This document shows positions 1 to 8,844 of a stretch of DNA of 43,701 bases, in pieces. Source of the DNA: Candidatus Methylomirabilota bacterium (GTDB lineage: Bacteria > Methylomirabilota > Methylomirabilia > Rokubacteriales > CSP1-6); NCBI GenBank assembly GCA_046726415.1, contig JBKPAK010000108.1, forward strand, positions 1 to 43,701. The letters run 5' to 3'. Below the pieces are notes generated by a model, which was given only the letters and a program-made list of their open reading frames with translations, did no database searches and had not been told where the DNA came from. The stretch's first letter is position 1. The number at the start of each line of letters is the position of its first letter. The position numbers and the translations under genes were made by a program.

Positions 1-419
1 GTGTGCAGAGTCGGTCCCACCGTCTCGCACGCCTGGGCGAGGGCAAACGCCTCCTTCACCTGCCCCAGGATCTGCGGCTCTCCGATCATCATCGAGTCGA
101 GGCTCGAGGCGACCCGAAAAGCGTGCCGGACGGCGTCAGCCTCCACGTGCGTGTAGAGGACCGGCTCCACCGCGGCGAGGTCCACGCCGCGCTGACGGCA
201 AAGGTGCCGGAAGATGGCCGCCCGCGCCTCACCCGGCGCCTCGGCGACCCCGTACACTTCCACCCGGTTGCACGTGGAGAGAATCACGATCTCTCGGGCG
301 ACGCTCGACGCCTGCACGTCGCCGAGGATTTCGCGGAGCTTGTCCTCCTCCACGGCGATCTGCTCGCGGACAGACACCGGCGCGTTCCGATGACTGAGGC
401 CAGTGACGAAGAGTGTCAC
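1..419 (-). CDS. hemA: Glutamyl-tRNA reductase, N-terminal part (runs off the left edge)
   Basis: Hand translation from GTG at 419: MTLFVTGLSHRNAPVSVREQIAVEEDKLREIL...VILSTCNRVEVY. Contains the HemA GLSHxxAP motif and catalytic STCNRxE motif. Not in the ORF track. Confidence 0.93.
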   Translation of the reverse strand, partial: MTLFVTGLSHRNAPVSVREQIAVEEDKLREILGDVQASSVAREIVILSTCNRVEVYGVAEAPGEARAAIFRHLCRQRGVDLAAVEPVLYTHVEADAVRHAFRVASSLDSMMIGEPQILGQVKEAFALAQACETVGPTLH

Positions 420-420
420 G

Positions 421-1230
421 TTAGGAGCCGTGCCGCCCGGGGAAAAACGCACCGACGCCGAGGGTCAGGACGAGCGTGGCGAAGCCAATGATGGCAAAGT
501 AGGCGGCTCGACGCCCACGCCAGCTTCCCGTGGCTCGGCCGGCCAAAACGGCGGCGTAGATGACCCACGCCAGGAAGGAGAACAGGGCCAGGGGGTCAAA
601 GGTGAACACGCTTCCCCAGGCGGTGCGCGCCCACAGCGCGCCCAGGAGAAGCCCGATGGTCAAGAAGGGAAAACCCAGTACGAGGGTGCGGTACGTGAGC
701 CGATCCAGCGTCTCGAGATCCGGGAGGCGGTAATAGAGGGACCCCGGCCGCCGCCCCTTGAGCTGATGCTCCTGCAGCAGGTACATGATGGCGCCCGCAA
801 AATTCAAGACGAATGCGGCGATGCCCAAGAGGGCCAGGCCGATGTGCACCCATATCCAGGCGCTTGCCAGGGCTGGTCCGATGGCATCTGGCTCCACGCG
901 TGTGGCGATGCCCTTGAGGCCGAGCAGGAGAATCACGGGGAGCACGAAGGCCCCCAGGACCTTGAGGTCATAGTGACGCTCCACCCACATCTCGAGCAGC
1001 ACCGCCGCCCAGACCGCGGCGGAAATCGCCTCGGTCAGGTTCCCCAGCGGCGGTCGTCCTGTCTCGATGGCCAGCGAGACGAGGGCCAGAGTGTGAGCGG
1101 CCCACCCGCCCAAGGTGGCCAGCGATGCCAGGCGGTGGATCATCTCCTCCTGTCGGACCAGGTACGCGAGAGCCAGACCCGTGGCGCAAAGGTAGCCGAC
1201 CAGAGCAAAGGTAAGGGCCGTTTGACTCAT
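421..1230 (-). CDS. Cytochrome c assembly protein family (CcsA/HemX-like) membrane protein
   Basis: Multi-TM ORF, probable ATG at 1230 (MSQTALTF). Motifs HIGLALLG, RLPDLETLD and GLLLGALWA...WG...DP. Directly upstream of hemA. Confidence 0.85.
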   Translation of the reverse strand: MSQTALTFALVGYLCATGLALAYLVRQEEMIHRLASLATLGGWAAHTLALVSLAIETGRPPLGNLTEAISAAVWAAVLLEMWVERHYDLKVLGAFVLPVILLLGLKGIATRVEPDAIGPALASAWIWVHIGLALLGIAAFVLNFAGAIMYLLQEHQLKGRRPGSLYYRLPDLETLDRLTYRTLVLGFPFLTIGLLLGALWARTAWGSVFTFDPLALFSFLAWVIYAAVLAGRATGSWRGRRAAYFAIIGFATLVLTLGVGAFFPGRHGS

Positions 1231-1358
1231 CACAGTCCGCGTATGCCTCGGAAAGTTTACTACAATCCCGATGCGCTTTTCGGATGCGAAGCGTCGTCTC
1301 GAAATGCCCCTGGGACTGAATCTCCATCTCTTCGAGGATCGCGCGCTACAATCCGCTC

Positions 1359-1697
1359 GTGGCGGAGCCACCCCTCCCTGACCCCTCGCGTAGTCCCGGC
1401 AACCGGCTGGTCTTCCGCCGGGGCAAGCTCCGGAAGCGCGAGGACGACGAGGTCCGGATGATGCGAGAAGCGGTGGCAGACCTCACCGATGTCCCCAAGG
1501 TGAAGCGAATCCTGCTGGAGCTCGGGCGTTTCTACAACCCGGTCACCAACGCCCAGGTGCTGGGTCCAGACATTCGCCACGGCGTGCTCACCCTGCTGGA
1601 AGCAGGAGATCTCGATGGGGCTCGGGCCATTCTAGAAGCCCATCTCGAAGCGTACCTGAAGCTGGACGACCGGCAGGCCGCGGGGCCGACGAGCTGA
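1359..1697 (+). CDS. Hypothetical protein (112 aa)
   Basis: Protein-like ORF filling the gap. TACAAT (1347-1352) lies 6 nt before the GTG. Confidence 0.7.
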   Translation: MAEPPLPDPSRSPGNRLVFRRGKLRKREDDEVRMMREAVADLTDVPKVKRILLELGRFYNPVTNAQVLGPDIRHGVLTLLEAGDLDGARAILEAHLEAYLKLDDRQAAGPTS

Positions 1698-1754
1698 TAT
1701 CTCCCTCCGTCGGCCCGGGATCCTCCGACGGCCGGCGCGAAGGTCGGCAAGTTC

Positions 1755-1783
1755 TTGACAGTGCGGTCAGACCACCCTAGCAT
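1755..1783 (+). promoter_or_regulatory. Sigma70 promoter of the FDH operon with an internal FadR-type operator
   Basis: TTGACA (1755-1760), 17-nt spacer, TAGCAT (1778-1783). The spacer carries CGGTCAGACCA (1764-1774). Confidence 0.75.
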
Positions 1784-1846
1784 TCAGGCGAACAGGCTCG
1801 TCGTAGTGTCCTTTCGTCGAGATCGGATCACCGAGTCGGAGGGAGG

Positions 1847-2125
1847 ATGGCCATGGCGCAGACCCTCACGGATTGGCTCCAGCAGAGCCGGGTGATGGTG
1901 GTCGAGGTCGATCGCCAGCAAGGCCGCCTTCGCGTCAAGGGCGAGACCTGTTCCGATCTCTCCTGCCATGAGCAGACTCTTGTCATCGACGAGGATGGCG
2001 TGGAGGCGCCCGTCGACACGCTGAATCCCGGGGACATCGTGCGTATCGAGGCGGGCGCCGCAGGCGTCGCCCGGATCGTCGTGCTGCGGAGGGTCTGGGA
2101 ACAGATCGCCAGTCCCGAGCTCTGA
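1847..2125 (+). CDS. Small hypothetical protein, possible OB-fold beta-barrel; first gene of the FDH operon
   Basis: Strong RBS GGAGGGAGG. Beta-strand pattern VVEVD...RLRV...LNPGDIVRIE and a CxxxxCH motif. Confidence 0.75.
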   Translation: MAMAQTLTDWLQQSRVMVVEVDRQQGRLRVKGETCSDLSCHEQTLVIDEDGVEAPVDTLNPGDIVRIEAGAAGVARIVVLRRVWEQIASPEL

Positions 2126-2177
2126 GCTGGGCCGGAGCCCCAGGTCCGAGCAACCAGCGCCACAAAGGAGTGCGCGC

Positions 2178-5100
2178 ATGAGCCTCTCACGACGCGACTT
2201 CCTCAAGTTCTCTGGGACCTCTGCCACCGGCGTGGCGCTCGGCGCGGGCGCGGTCAACTTGGCGCCGGTCGAGGCGGCCGCGACCGCGCTGCGGATCAAC
2301 GAAGCCAAGGTGTTCCCGGGCGTGTGCCCGTACTGCGCGGTCGGGTGCGCCCAGCTCATCTACGTCAAACACGGCAAGATCATCGACATCGAGGGCGATC
2401 CCGACACCCCGCACACCGAGGGTGCGCTCTGCCCCAAAGGGTCGTCGACCTACCAGCTCTCGGTCAACGCGAGGCGGCTCACGAAGTGCCTCTACCGGGC
2501 GCCGGGCAGCGGCCAGTGGGAGGAGAAGCCGCTCGACTGGATGATGACCGAGATCGCCAGGCGGGTGAAGGAGACCCGCGACGAGAGCTTCGTCGAGACG
2601 GTGAAGGTCGCGGACAAGACGGTGACGGTCAACCGGTGCGAGGGGATAGCCTGGCTCGGCTCCTCGGTCCTGGACAACGAAGAAAACTACCTCATCGCCA
2701 AGCTCTCCCGGGGCATGGGCCTCGTCAATCTCGAGAACTCGGCGCGACTCTGCCACTCGGCGACGGTGCCGGCGCTCGGCGCCAGCTACGGGCGCGGGGC
2801 GATGACCACCAACCTGATCGACGTGATAAACGCCGACGTGATCATGCCGACCTCCAACTGGGCCGAGTGCCACCCGGTGAGCTACCGCTGGGTGATGAAG
2901 GCCAAGGAGCGCGGAGCCAAGATCATCCACGTCGATCCGCGCTTCACCCGCACCTCGGCCACCGCGGACTACTGGGTACCGATTCGGTCGGGCACGAACA
3001 TCGTCTTCTTCGGCGGTCTCATCAGCTACGCCATCGAGAGCGGCAAGTACTTCCACGACTACGTCGCGCACTATACGAACGCCGCTTTTCTGATGGATCC
3101 GGCCTTCAAGACGCCCACGGACCTCGACGGGCTCTTCTCCGGATTCGACCCGGAGAAGAAGACCTACGATCAGTCGACCTGGAAGTACCAGCTGGACAAA
3201 GAGGGCAATCCCAAGCGGGACATGACGCTGAAGGATGCCAACACCGTCTTTCAGCACCTGCGGCGGCACTACCGTCGCTACACGCCGGACATGGTCGAGC
3301 GGGTCTGCGGCATCCCCAAGGCCAAGTTCCTCGAGGTGGCGGACGTGTTCTGCTCCGCCTCCGGGCCCGAAAAGACGGCGACGGTTTCCTACGCGCTGCA
3401 GCTCAACCAGTCCACCAACGGCGTGCAGCAGATTCGCGCACTCTGCGTGCTCCAGCTCGTTCTCGGCAACGTCGGCCGTCCCGGCGGGGGCGTGGTGGCG
3501 CTGCGCGGCCACTCGAATGTCCAGGGCGCCACCGATATGGGGACGCTCTACCACATGCTGCCGGGCTACCCGCCCATGCCGCTGCAGGGGCCACATCCGA
3601 CGTTCAAGGACTACCTCGACAAGACCACGCCCGCCTCTGGGTTCTGGGTGAACAACCCGAAGTTCGTCGTCAGTCAGCTCAAGGCGTGGTGGGGCGAGGC
3701 CGCGACCAAGGACAACGACTTCGCCTACGACTATCTGCCGAAGCGCGAGAAGGGCGACGCCTACTCGCACCAGCACTTCATGGTGGGCATGCGCGAGGGC
3801 ACGGTGAAGGGCTTCATCTGCCAGGGCCAGAATCCGGCGGTCGACAGCCCCAACGCCAAGATGGTCCGCGACGCCATGCGCAACTTGAAGTGGCTGGTGG
3901 TCGCCGACCTCTTCGAGACGGAGACGGCCCAGCTCTGGAAGGAGCCCGGAGTCGATCCGAAGAGCTGCCAGACCGAAGTGTTTTTCATTCCCGCTGCGCC
4001 GGCGGCCGAGAAAGACGGCTCTCTCACCAACACCATGCGCCTCGTGCAGTGGCACCAAAAGGCCGCCGAGGCGCCGGGGGATGCGCGGTCGGATGCCGCG
4101 TTCATCGTGGACCTCGGCACCCGGCTCAAGAAGCTCTACGCGGGCTCGAAGGAGGCGAAGGATCGGCCGATCCTGGATCTCGTCTGGGACTACCGGCCCG
4201 ATGGCGCCAAGCAGGAGCCCAAGATGGAGGTGGTGCTCCGCGAGATCAACGGCTTCGCCACGCGCGACATCCTGGACAAGGACGGCAAGCCGACCTACAA
4301 GGCCGGGCAGCACCTCAGGGCCTTCGTCCACCTGACCGATGACGGCTCCACGGCCTGTGGCAACTGGATCATGACCGGCATCTTTCCCGAGGAGGGCAAG
4401 AACCTGGCGGCCCGTCGCGAGCGGCCCAAGGCCGATGACTACCTGGCCCACGCCTGGGGCTTCGCGTGGCCGGCGAACCGACGCATCCTCTACAACCGAG
4501 CCTCCGCCGATCCCTCCGGCAAGCCGTGGAGCGAGAAGAAGAAGCTCATCTGGTGGGATCCGGAGGCTGCCGGCCAGACGCCCGACCAGAAGGGAAAATG
4601 GGTCGGCCAGGATGTGCCGGACTTCGGCGCGTTCATCGCCCCGAACGCGCCGGCGGCCAAGGACGGTCCGCTCAAGGGCATCGGGGGGACGGACGCGTTC
4701 ATCATGCGGGCCGACGGCAAGGGTGGGCTCCTGGCCTCCGTGCTCGACGGGGCCTTCCCCGAGCACTACGAGCCCTTCGAGTCGCCAGCGAAGAATCTGC
4801 TCTCGAAGGTGCAGAACAACCCCGTGGCCAAGCGGTGGAGCATCGGCGACGCCAACCAGCTCGGCACGGCTGACAAGTATCCCTACATCCTGACCACCTA
4901 CCGACTCACCGAACACCACGCCGCCGGCACCTCGCGACACGTTCCGTGGCTGTCGGAGCTGTTCCCCGGCCACTTCGCCGAGATCGGCGTGGAGATGGCC
5001 AAGTCGCTGGCCATCGCCAACGGCGACATGATCACCGTGGAGACGCCGCGCGGAACGATCAAGGTCCGCGCGATGGTGACCGAGCGGATCAAGCCGTTCC

Positions 5101-5279
5101 TCATCGACGGTCGAACGGTCTACCAGGTCGGTATCCCGTGGCACTGGGGGTGGGCCGGAGCGATGAAATCCTCGCGCGGCGACATCACCAACGACCTGGT
5201 GGCCAGCCTGGGCGATCCGACGACGTTCATCCAGGAGTCGAAAGCGCTCCTCTGCAACGTGCGGAAGGGGGTGGCCTAG
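2178..5279 (+). CDS. fdnG: Formate dehydrogenase-N/O-type alpha subunit (Mo/W-bisPGD), Cys-containing, Tat-exported
   Basis: Tat motif SRRDFLK; CPYCAVGC...C 4Fe-4S motif; active-site ARLCHS; RGHSNVQG; FPEHYEPFESP; TTYRLTEH. Confidence 0.95.
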   Translation: MSLSRRDFLKFSGTSATGVALGAGAVNLAPVEAAATALRINEAKVFPGVCPYCAVGCAQLIYVKHGKIIDIEGDPDTPHTEGALCPKGSSTYQLSVNARRLTKCLYRAPGSGQWEEKPLDWMMTEIARRVKETRDESFVETVKVADKTVTVNRCEGIAWLGSSVLDNEENYLIAKLSRGMGLVNLENSARLCHSATVPALGASYGRGAMTTNLIDVINADVIMPTSNWAECHPVSYRWVMKAKERGAKIIHVDPRFTRTSATADYWVPIRSGTNIVFFGGLISYAIESGKYFHDYVAHYTNAAFLMDPAFKTPTDLDGLFSGFDPEKKTYDQSTWKYQLDKEGNPKRDMTLKDANTVFQHLRRHYRRYTPDMVERVCGIPKAKFLEVADVFCSASGPEKTATVSYALQLNQSTNGVQQIRALCVLQLVLGNVGRPGGGVVALRGHSNVQGATDMGTLYHMLPGYPPMPLQGPHPTFKDYLDKTTPASGFWVNNPKFVVSQLKAWWGEAATKDNDFAYDYLPKREKGDAYSHQHFMVGMREGTVKGFICQGQNPAVDSPNAKMVRDAMRNLKWLVVADLFETETAQLWKEPGVDPKSCQTEVFFIPAAPAAEKDGSLTNTMRLVQWHQKAAEAPGDARSDAAFIVDLGTRLKKLYAGSKEAKDRPILDLVWDYRPDGAKQEPKMEVVLREINGFATRDILDKDGKPTYKAGQHLRAFVHLTDDGSTACGNWIMTGIFPEEGKNLAARRERPKADDYLAHAWGFAWPANRRILYNRASADPSGKPWSEKKKLIWWDPEAAGQTPDQKGKWVGQDVPDFGAFIAPNAPAAKDGPLKGIGGTDAFIMRADGKGGLLASVLDGAFPEHYEPFESPAKNLLSKVQNNPVAKRWSIGDANQLGTADKYPYILTTYRLTEHHAAGTSRHVPWLSELFPGHFAEIGVEMAKSLAIANGDMITVETPRGTIKVRAMVTERIKPFLIDGRTVYQVGIPWHWGWAGAMKSSRGDITNDLVASLGDPTTFIQESKALLCNVRKGVA

Positions 5280-5281
5280 CC

Positions 5282-6088
5282 ATGGCCCGCGCCGTCGCGA
5301 TGTTCACCGACGTCTCGCTCTGTATCGGCTGCCGCGCCTGCCAGGTGGCGTGCAAGCAATGGAACGAGCTCGCTCCCGAGGAGCCGGAGTGGACTGGGAC
5401 CTACCAAAACCACGCCCACTTCACCGACAAGAGCTACCGCCTCGTGCGCTTCTTCGAGGAGCCGGCCGATGACAAGGTCGGTTTGCGCTGGCACATGATG
5501 TCGGATGTATGCAAGCACTGCGCGGAGGCCGGCTGCCTCGAGGCCTGCCCCACCGGCGCCATCTACCGGACCGAGTACGGTACCGTCAACATCAACCAGG
5601 ACATCTGCAACGGCTGCCGGTACTGCGTCTCCGCGTGCCCGTTCGGCGTGGTGGCGTACAACCACGAGACCGGGACCGCCACCAAGTGCACGTTCTGCAA
5701 CGACCGGCTCCATAACGGCCTCGGCCCGGCCTGCGCCAAAGCCTGCCCGACGGAGTCCATCAAGTTCGGCTTCCGCGACGAGCTGGAGGCCAAGGCGCGC
5801 CAGCGCGTCGGCGAACTGCAGAGGATGGGCTACCAAGACGCCCAGCTTTACGGCGCCGACCAGGGCGGAGCGCTGGGAGGTCTCAACGCCTTCTTCCTCC
5901 TCCTGGGCAAGCCGGCAAAGTACGGCCTGCCCGAGCAGCCGAGGCTGCCCCAGCGAAACGTGTTCGTCGGTTCGCTCCTGTCCATCGGCTCCGCCGTCGC
6001 CGTCGGCCTCGGGGCGGTGTTCGCTTTCCGCGGACGCGGTGACCACGGCGGCCGCGATGGAGCGCGAAGGCCGGAAGAAGAGAGGTAA
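5282..6088 (+). CDS. fdnH: Formate dehydrogenase iron-sulfur beta subunit
   Basis: ATG at 5282. Cys motifs CIGCRACQVACK, CKHC...CLEACP, CNGCRYCVSACP, KCTFC...PACAKACP, plus a C-terminal TM helix. Confidence 0.92.
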   Translation: MARAVAMFTDVSLCIGCRACQVACKQWNELAPEEPEWTGTYQNHAHFTDKSYRLVRFFEEPADDKVGLRWHMMSDVCKHCAEAGCLEACPTGAIYRTEYGTVNINQDICNGCRYCVSACPFGVVAYNHETGTATKCTFCNDRLHNGLGPACAKACPTESIKFGFRDELEAKARQRVGELQRMGYQDAQLYGADQGGALGGLNAFFLLLGKPAKYGLPEQPRLPQRNVFVGSLLSIGSAVAVGLGAVFAFRGRGDHGGRDGARRPEEER

Positions 6089-6102
6089 AGGGGGATCGCG
6101 CA

Positions 6103-7038
6103 ATGGAGCCCGGACTCCTCAAGAGCGCCGACTGGCCGCTCCTCATCGACGTCTATTTCTTCCTCGGCGGTTTGGCTGGCGGAGCATTTGTCATCGCCAC
6201 CATCGCCCACCTGTTTGACGGACGCCGCTACCAGGACATCGTGCGGGTCGGCTACTACGTGGCGTTCCTGGCCATCCTTCCCTGTCCGCTGCTCCTGATC
6301 ATCGACCTCGGCGCCCCGACCCGCTTTCTCCACATGCTGATGATCTCGAAGCCGTCCACCGCCATCGGGATGAGTACCGTCGTGGCCGGACCGTTCCACC
6401 TGAAGCTCCTCTCGCCGATGAATGCGGGCGCCTGGGCCTTGCTGGCGTTCAGCCTCTGCGCCTTTCTCTGCGCCCTCGACGTGTTCCTGACCGACCGCGG
6501 CGGCCGTGGCATCACCGGCCTGCGAAAGGTGGCGGGGATGATCGGCGGTGTGTTCGGCTTCTTCATCGCGGCGTATCCCGGTGTGCTCCTGAGCGCCACC
6601 GCGCGGCCGCTCTTTGTCAACGCGCACTGGTTGGGCGCGCTGTTTCTGGCCGTGGGGGCCGCGACCGGCGGCGCGGCGATCGCCCTGATCCTGGTGCTGT
6701 TCCGCGGATCCGGCGCGCGCGACGGCCTGGCGCGAGTGATGCGCGTCACGTCGGTTGCCCTCGTCGTCGAGCTCCTAGCGCTGATCCTCCTCGTCGTCTC
6801 GATCAGGGCCGCCGGTTCCGCCAGGATCTCGGCGGCGCTGGGTCAGCTCCTGGCTGGTCCGTATAGCATCGCGTTCTGGCTGGGCGCGGTGATCATCGGT
6901 GTGGTCGCGCCTCTCGTCCTCCAGCGCGGAGCGGTCCGGCGCGGCGAGCCGGGGATGACCGCTCTGGTGTCGGTGTTCGTCCTCGTCGGTGGCTTTCTGG
7001 TGAAGTACGTCCTGATCTCGGTGGGGCAGGCATCGTAG
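6103..7038 (+). CDS. NrfD/PsrC-family membrane anchor (quinone-interacting)
   Basis: YFFLGGLAGG, LLIIDLGAPTRF and SPMNAGAWAL motifs; many TM helices. Confidence 0.88.
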   Translation: MEPGLLKSADWPLLIDVYFFLGGLAGGAFVIATIAHLFDGRRYQDIVRVGYYVAFLAILPCPLLLIIDLGAPTRFLHMLMISKPSTAIGMSTVVAGPFHLKLLSPMNAGAWALLAFSLCAFLCALDVFLTDRGGRGITGLRKVAGMIGGVFGFFIAAYPGVLLSATARPLFVNAHWLGALFLAVGAATGGAAIALILVLFRGSGARDGLARVMRVTSVALVVELLALILLVVSIRAAGSARISAALGQLLAGPYSIAFWLGAVIIGVVAPLVLQRGAVRRGEPGMTALVSVFVLVGGFLVKYVLISVGQAS

Positions 7039-7054
7039 GCGACGTCGGAGTCGC

Positions 7055-7912
7055 ATGACGTTGCTGGGGGACTGGGCGGACCTGATCCAGCGGCGCCCCG
7101 CCTTCCGCGAAACCCTGGAGCCGCTCGGTCAGATCCTCACGGCCTGGGCCGAATGGACGTACGACCGGCCCGCCCCACTTCGCTGGAGCGCAGAGGCTTG
7201 CCGCGACCGTTGGTCGCAGGGCCAGCCGCTCATCGCCGCGGCCCCGCCGGAGATCCCGCGCGAAAGCGTGGAGGGCCTCCTCGGCCTCGCACTGGACCTC
7301 CTCGCCGGGTTCGGGGAAGACGTCGGGCAGTTCGCCGAAGCCTGGGATCGCGGCGAGATCGGGCCGGCCGCGCTGTTCCCGGAGCGCGGGCAAATCGGCT
7401 CAGTCGAGGTTCAGGCGTGCTCCCGTCTCTCGCAGGACGCGCTGGCCTTCCTGGCCCTCGCCGGTCTGCGCCCGGCGCTCGCGGCATACTTCGCCCCGTG
7501 CCGCGAGCGCGTCGCGAACAGCGCCTGGGACCAGGGAATCTGTCCCTGTTGTGGAGCTCCGCCGGGCTTCGCCGATCTGTTGGAGGACGGTCGACGTCAG
7601 CTCGCCTGTCACCTGTGCACCGCGAGCTGGACGTTCGCCCGTCTCGTGTGCCCGCTCTGCGGTAACCGTACCCCCGGCGACTTCCTGCGGCTCCTGGCGG
7701 AGGACGCGGACGAGGGCTACGCCATCGGCGCCTGTCGATCCTGCCGTGGCTACATCAAGGAGCTCGATCGGCGCCTGCGCTGGAACGCCGGCGCGCCACT
7801 GGTCGAGGATTGGGGCTCGCCCCATCTCGACCTCATCGCGCAACGGCAGGAATTGTGGCGCCCGATCCCCACCCTCATCCAGCTCGCGCCGCCCCGTAAG
7901 CCGCCGCCGTGA
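7055..7912 (+). CDS. fdhE: Formate dehydrogenase maturation protein FdhE
   Basis: Four CxxC pairs (CPCCG, CHLC, CPLCG, CRSCRGYIKE) and position in the fdh operon. Confidence 0.88.
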   Translation: MTLLGDWADLIQRRPAFRETLEPLGQILTAWAEWTYDRPAPLRWSAEACRDRWSQGQPLIAAAPPEIPRESVEGLLGLALDLLAGFGEDVGQFAEAWDRGEIGPAALFPERGQIGSVEVQACSRLSQDALAFLALAGLRPALAAYFAPCRERVANSAWDQGICPCCGAPPGFADLLEDGRRQLACHLCTASWTFARLVCPLCGNRTPGDFLRLLAEDADEGYAIGACRSCRGYIKELDRRLRWNAGAPLVEDWGSPHLDLIAQRQELWRPIPTLIQLAPPRKPPP

Positions 7913-7947
7913 TTCCCGTCACGCGGCGTGGCCCTGACGACCGGCGC

Positions 7948-8721
7948 TTAGCCCCGCGATCCCCCCACGGCGTCACCCACCGCGACCCCTTCCCCGGCGT
8001 AGAGGTTCAGGCTGTCCCCTCGCACATAGCCACACACGGTGATGTTGAGCTGCTCGGCCAGCGCCACCGCCATCTCCGTCGGCGAGGTGCGCGAGGCGAC
8101 AATGGGAACGCCCATCCGCGCGGCTTTGAGGAGCATCTCGGAGGACACGCGGCCGGTGGAGAGCAGGATCCGGTCCTCGGTGGCGATGCCGCGGACGAGC
8201 GCTTCGCCCTTCACCTTGTCGACGGCGTTGTGACGGCCCACGTCCTCCGCCACCACCAGGAGACGGTCGCCATCGCTGAGGGCCGCGCCATGGATGCCGC
8301 GCGACTGCTGGTAGTGGACGGCGGCCGCGAAGAGATCCTTCATGCGCGCGGCGATCTGTTCGGGCCGCACGCGCTGCGAGGAGTGGAGTCGCGGAAAGAG
8401 GCGGTGGTCGATGCGGAAGGTGATGCCACCCCCGCAACCCGAGGTGAGAATGCGCTCCGTGGGGAGGGTGACGGTCTGGGTGAGGATGACATCGGCCCGA
8501 CCGTCGACGGTGGACACGTCCAGTCGGACCACGTCGTCGAGCCCGGCGATCACCTTCTCCATCCACAAATATCCGAGCACGAGGGCCTCGACCTGGACCG
8601 GCGTACACAGAAGAGTGAGGAAGCGCTCCCCGTCGACGTAGATGGTGAGCGGCTGCTCCTTGACGACGGCGCCGACGACCTCGTCGACGCGTCCGGCGCG
8701 CACCTTGAGATACGACCGCAT
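7948..8721 (-). CDS. fdhD: Formate dehydrogenase sulfurtransferase FdhD
   Basis: Probable ATG at 8721. Motifs TSGCG, GIHGAAL, EDVGRHNAVDK and STGRVSSEM. Confidence 0.93.
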   Translation of the reverse strand: MRSYLKVRAGRVDEVVGAVVKEQPLTIYVDGERFLTLLCTPVQVEALVLGYLWMEKVIAGLDDVVRLDVSTVDGRADVILTQTVTLPTERILTSGCGGGITFRIDHRLFPRLHSSQRVRPEQIAARMKDLFAAAVHYQQSRGIHGAALSDGDRLLVVAEDVGRHNAVDKVKGEALVRGIATEDRILLSTGRVSSEMLLKAARMGVPIVASRTSPTEMAVALAEQLNITVCGYVRGDSLNLYAGEGVAVGDAVGGSRG

Positions 8722-8844
8722 GAACTGCGGGGATCTTACCGCCGATCGCCCACCCAAGCCAGGCGGGGTGAGCCCCCGGAGGGGCCTCTGGGGACGTGGG
8801 CGCCCTCGCCGCGTCGCTCCGCCGTACTGGTGAATCATGGGGCT

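Noticed and set aside
3-1461. Plus-strand ORFs 3-491 and 403-1461
   Set aside because: Antisense shadows of hemA and the ccsA-like gene.
2187-5144. 985-aa antisense ORF over fdnG, and similar long ORFs (17312-20359, 25063-26352, 14980-16314)
   Set aside because: Shadow frames expected from high-GC codon bias; no motifs, and they largely overlap well-supported genes.
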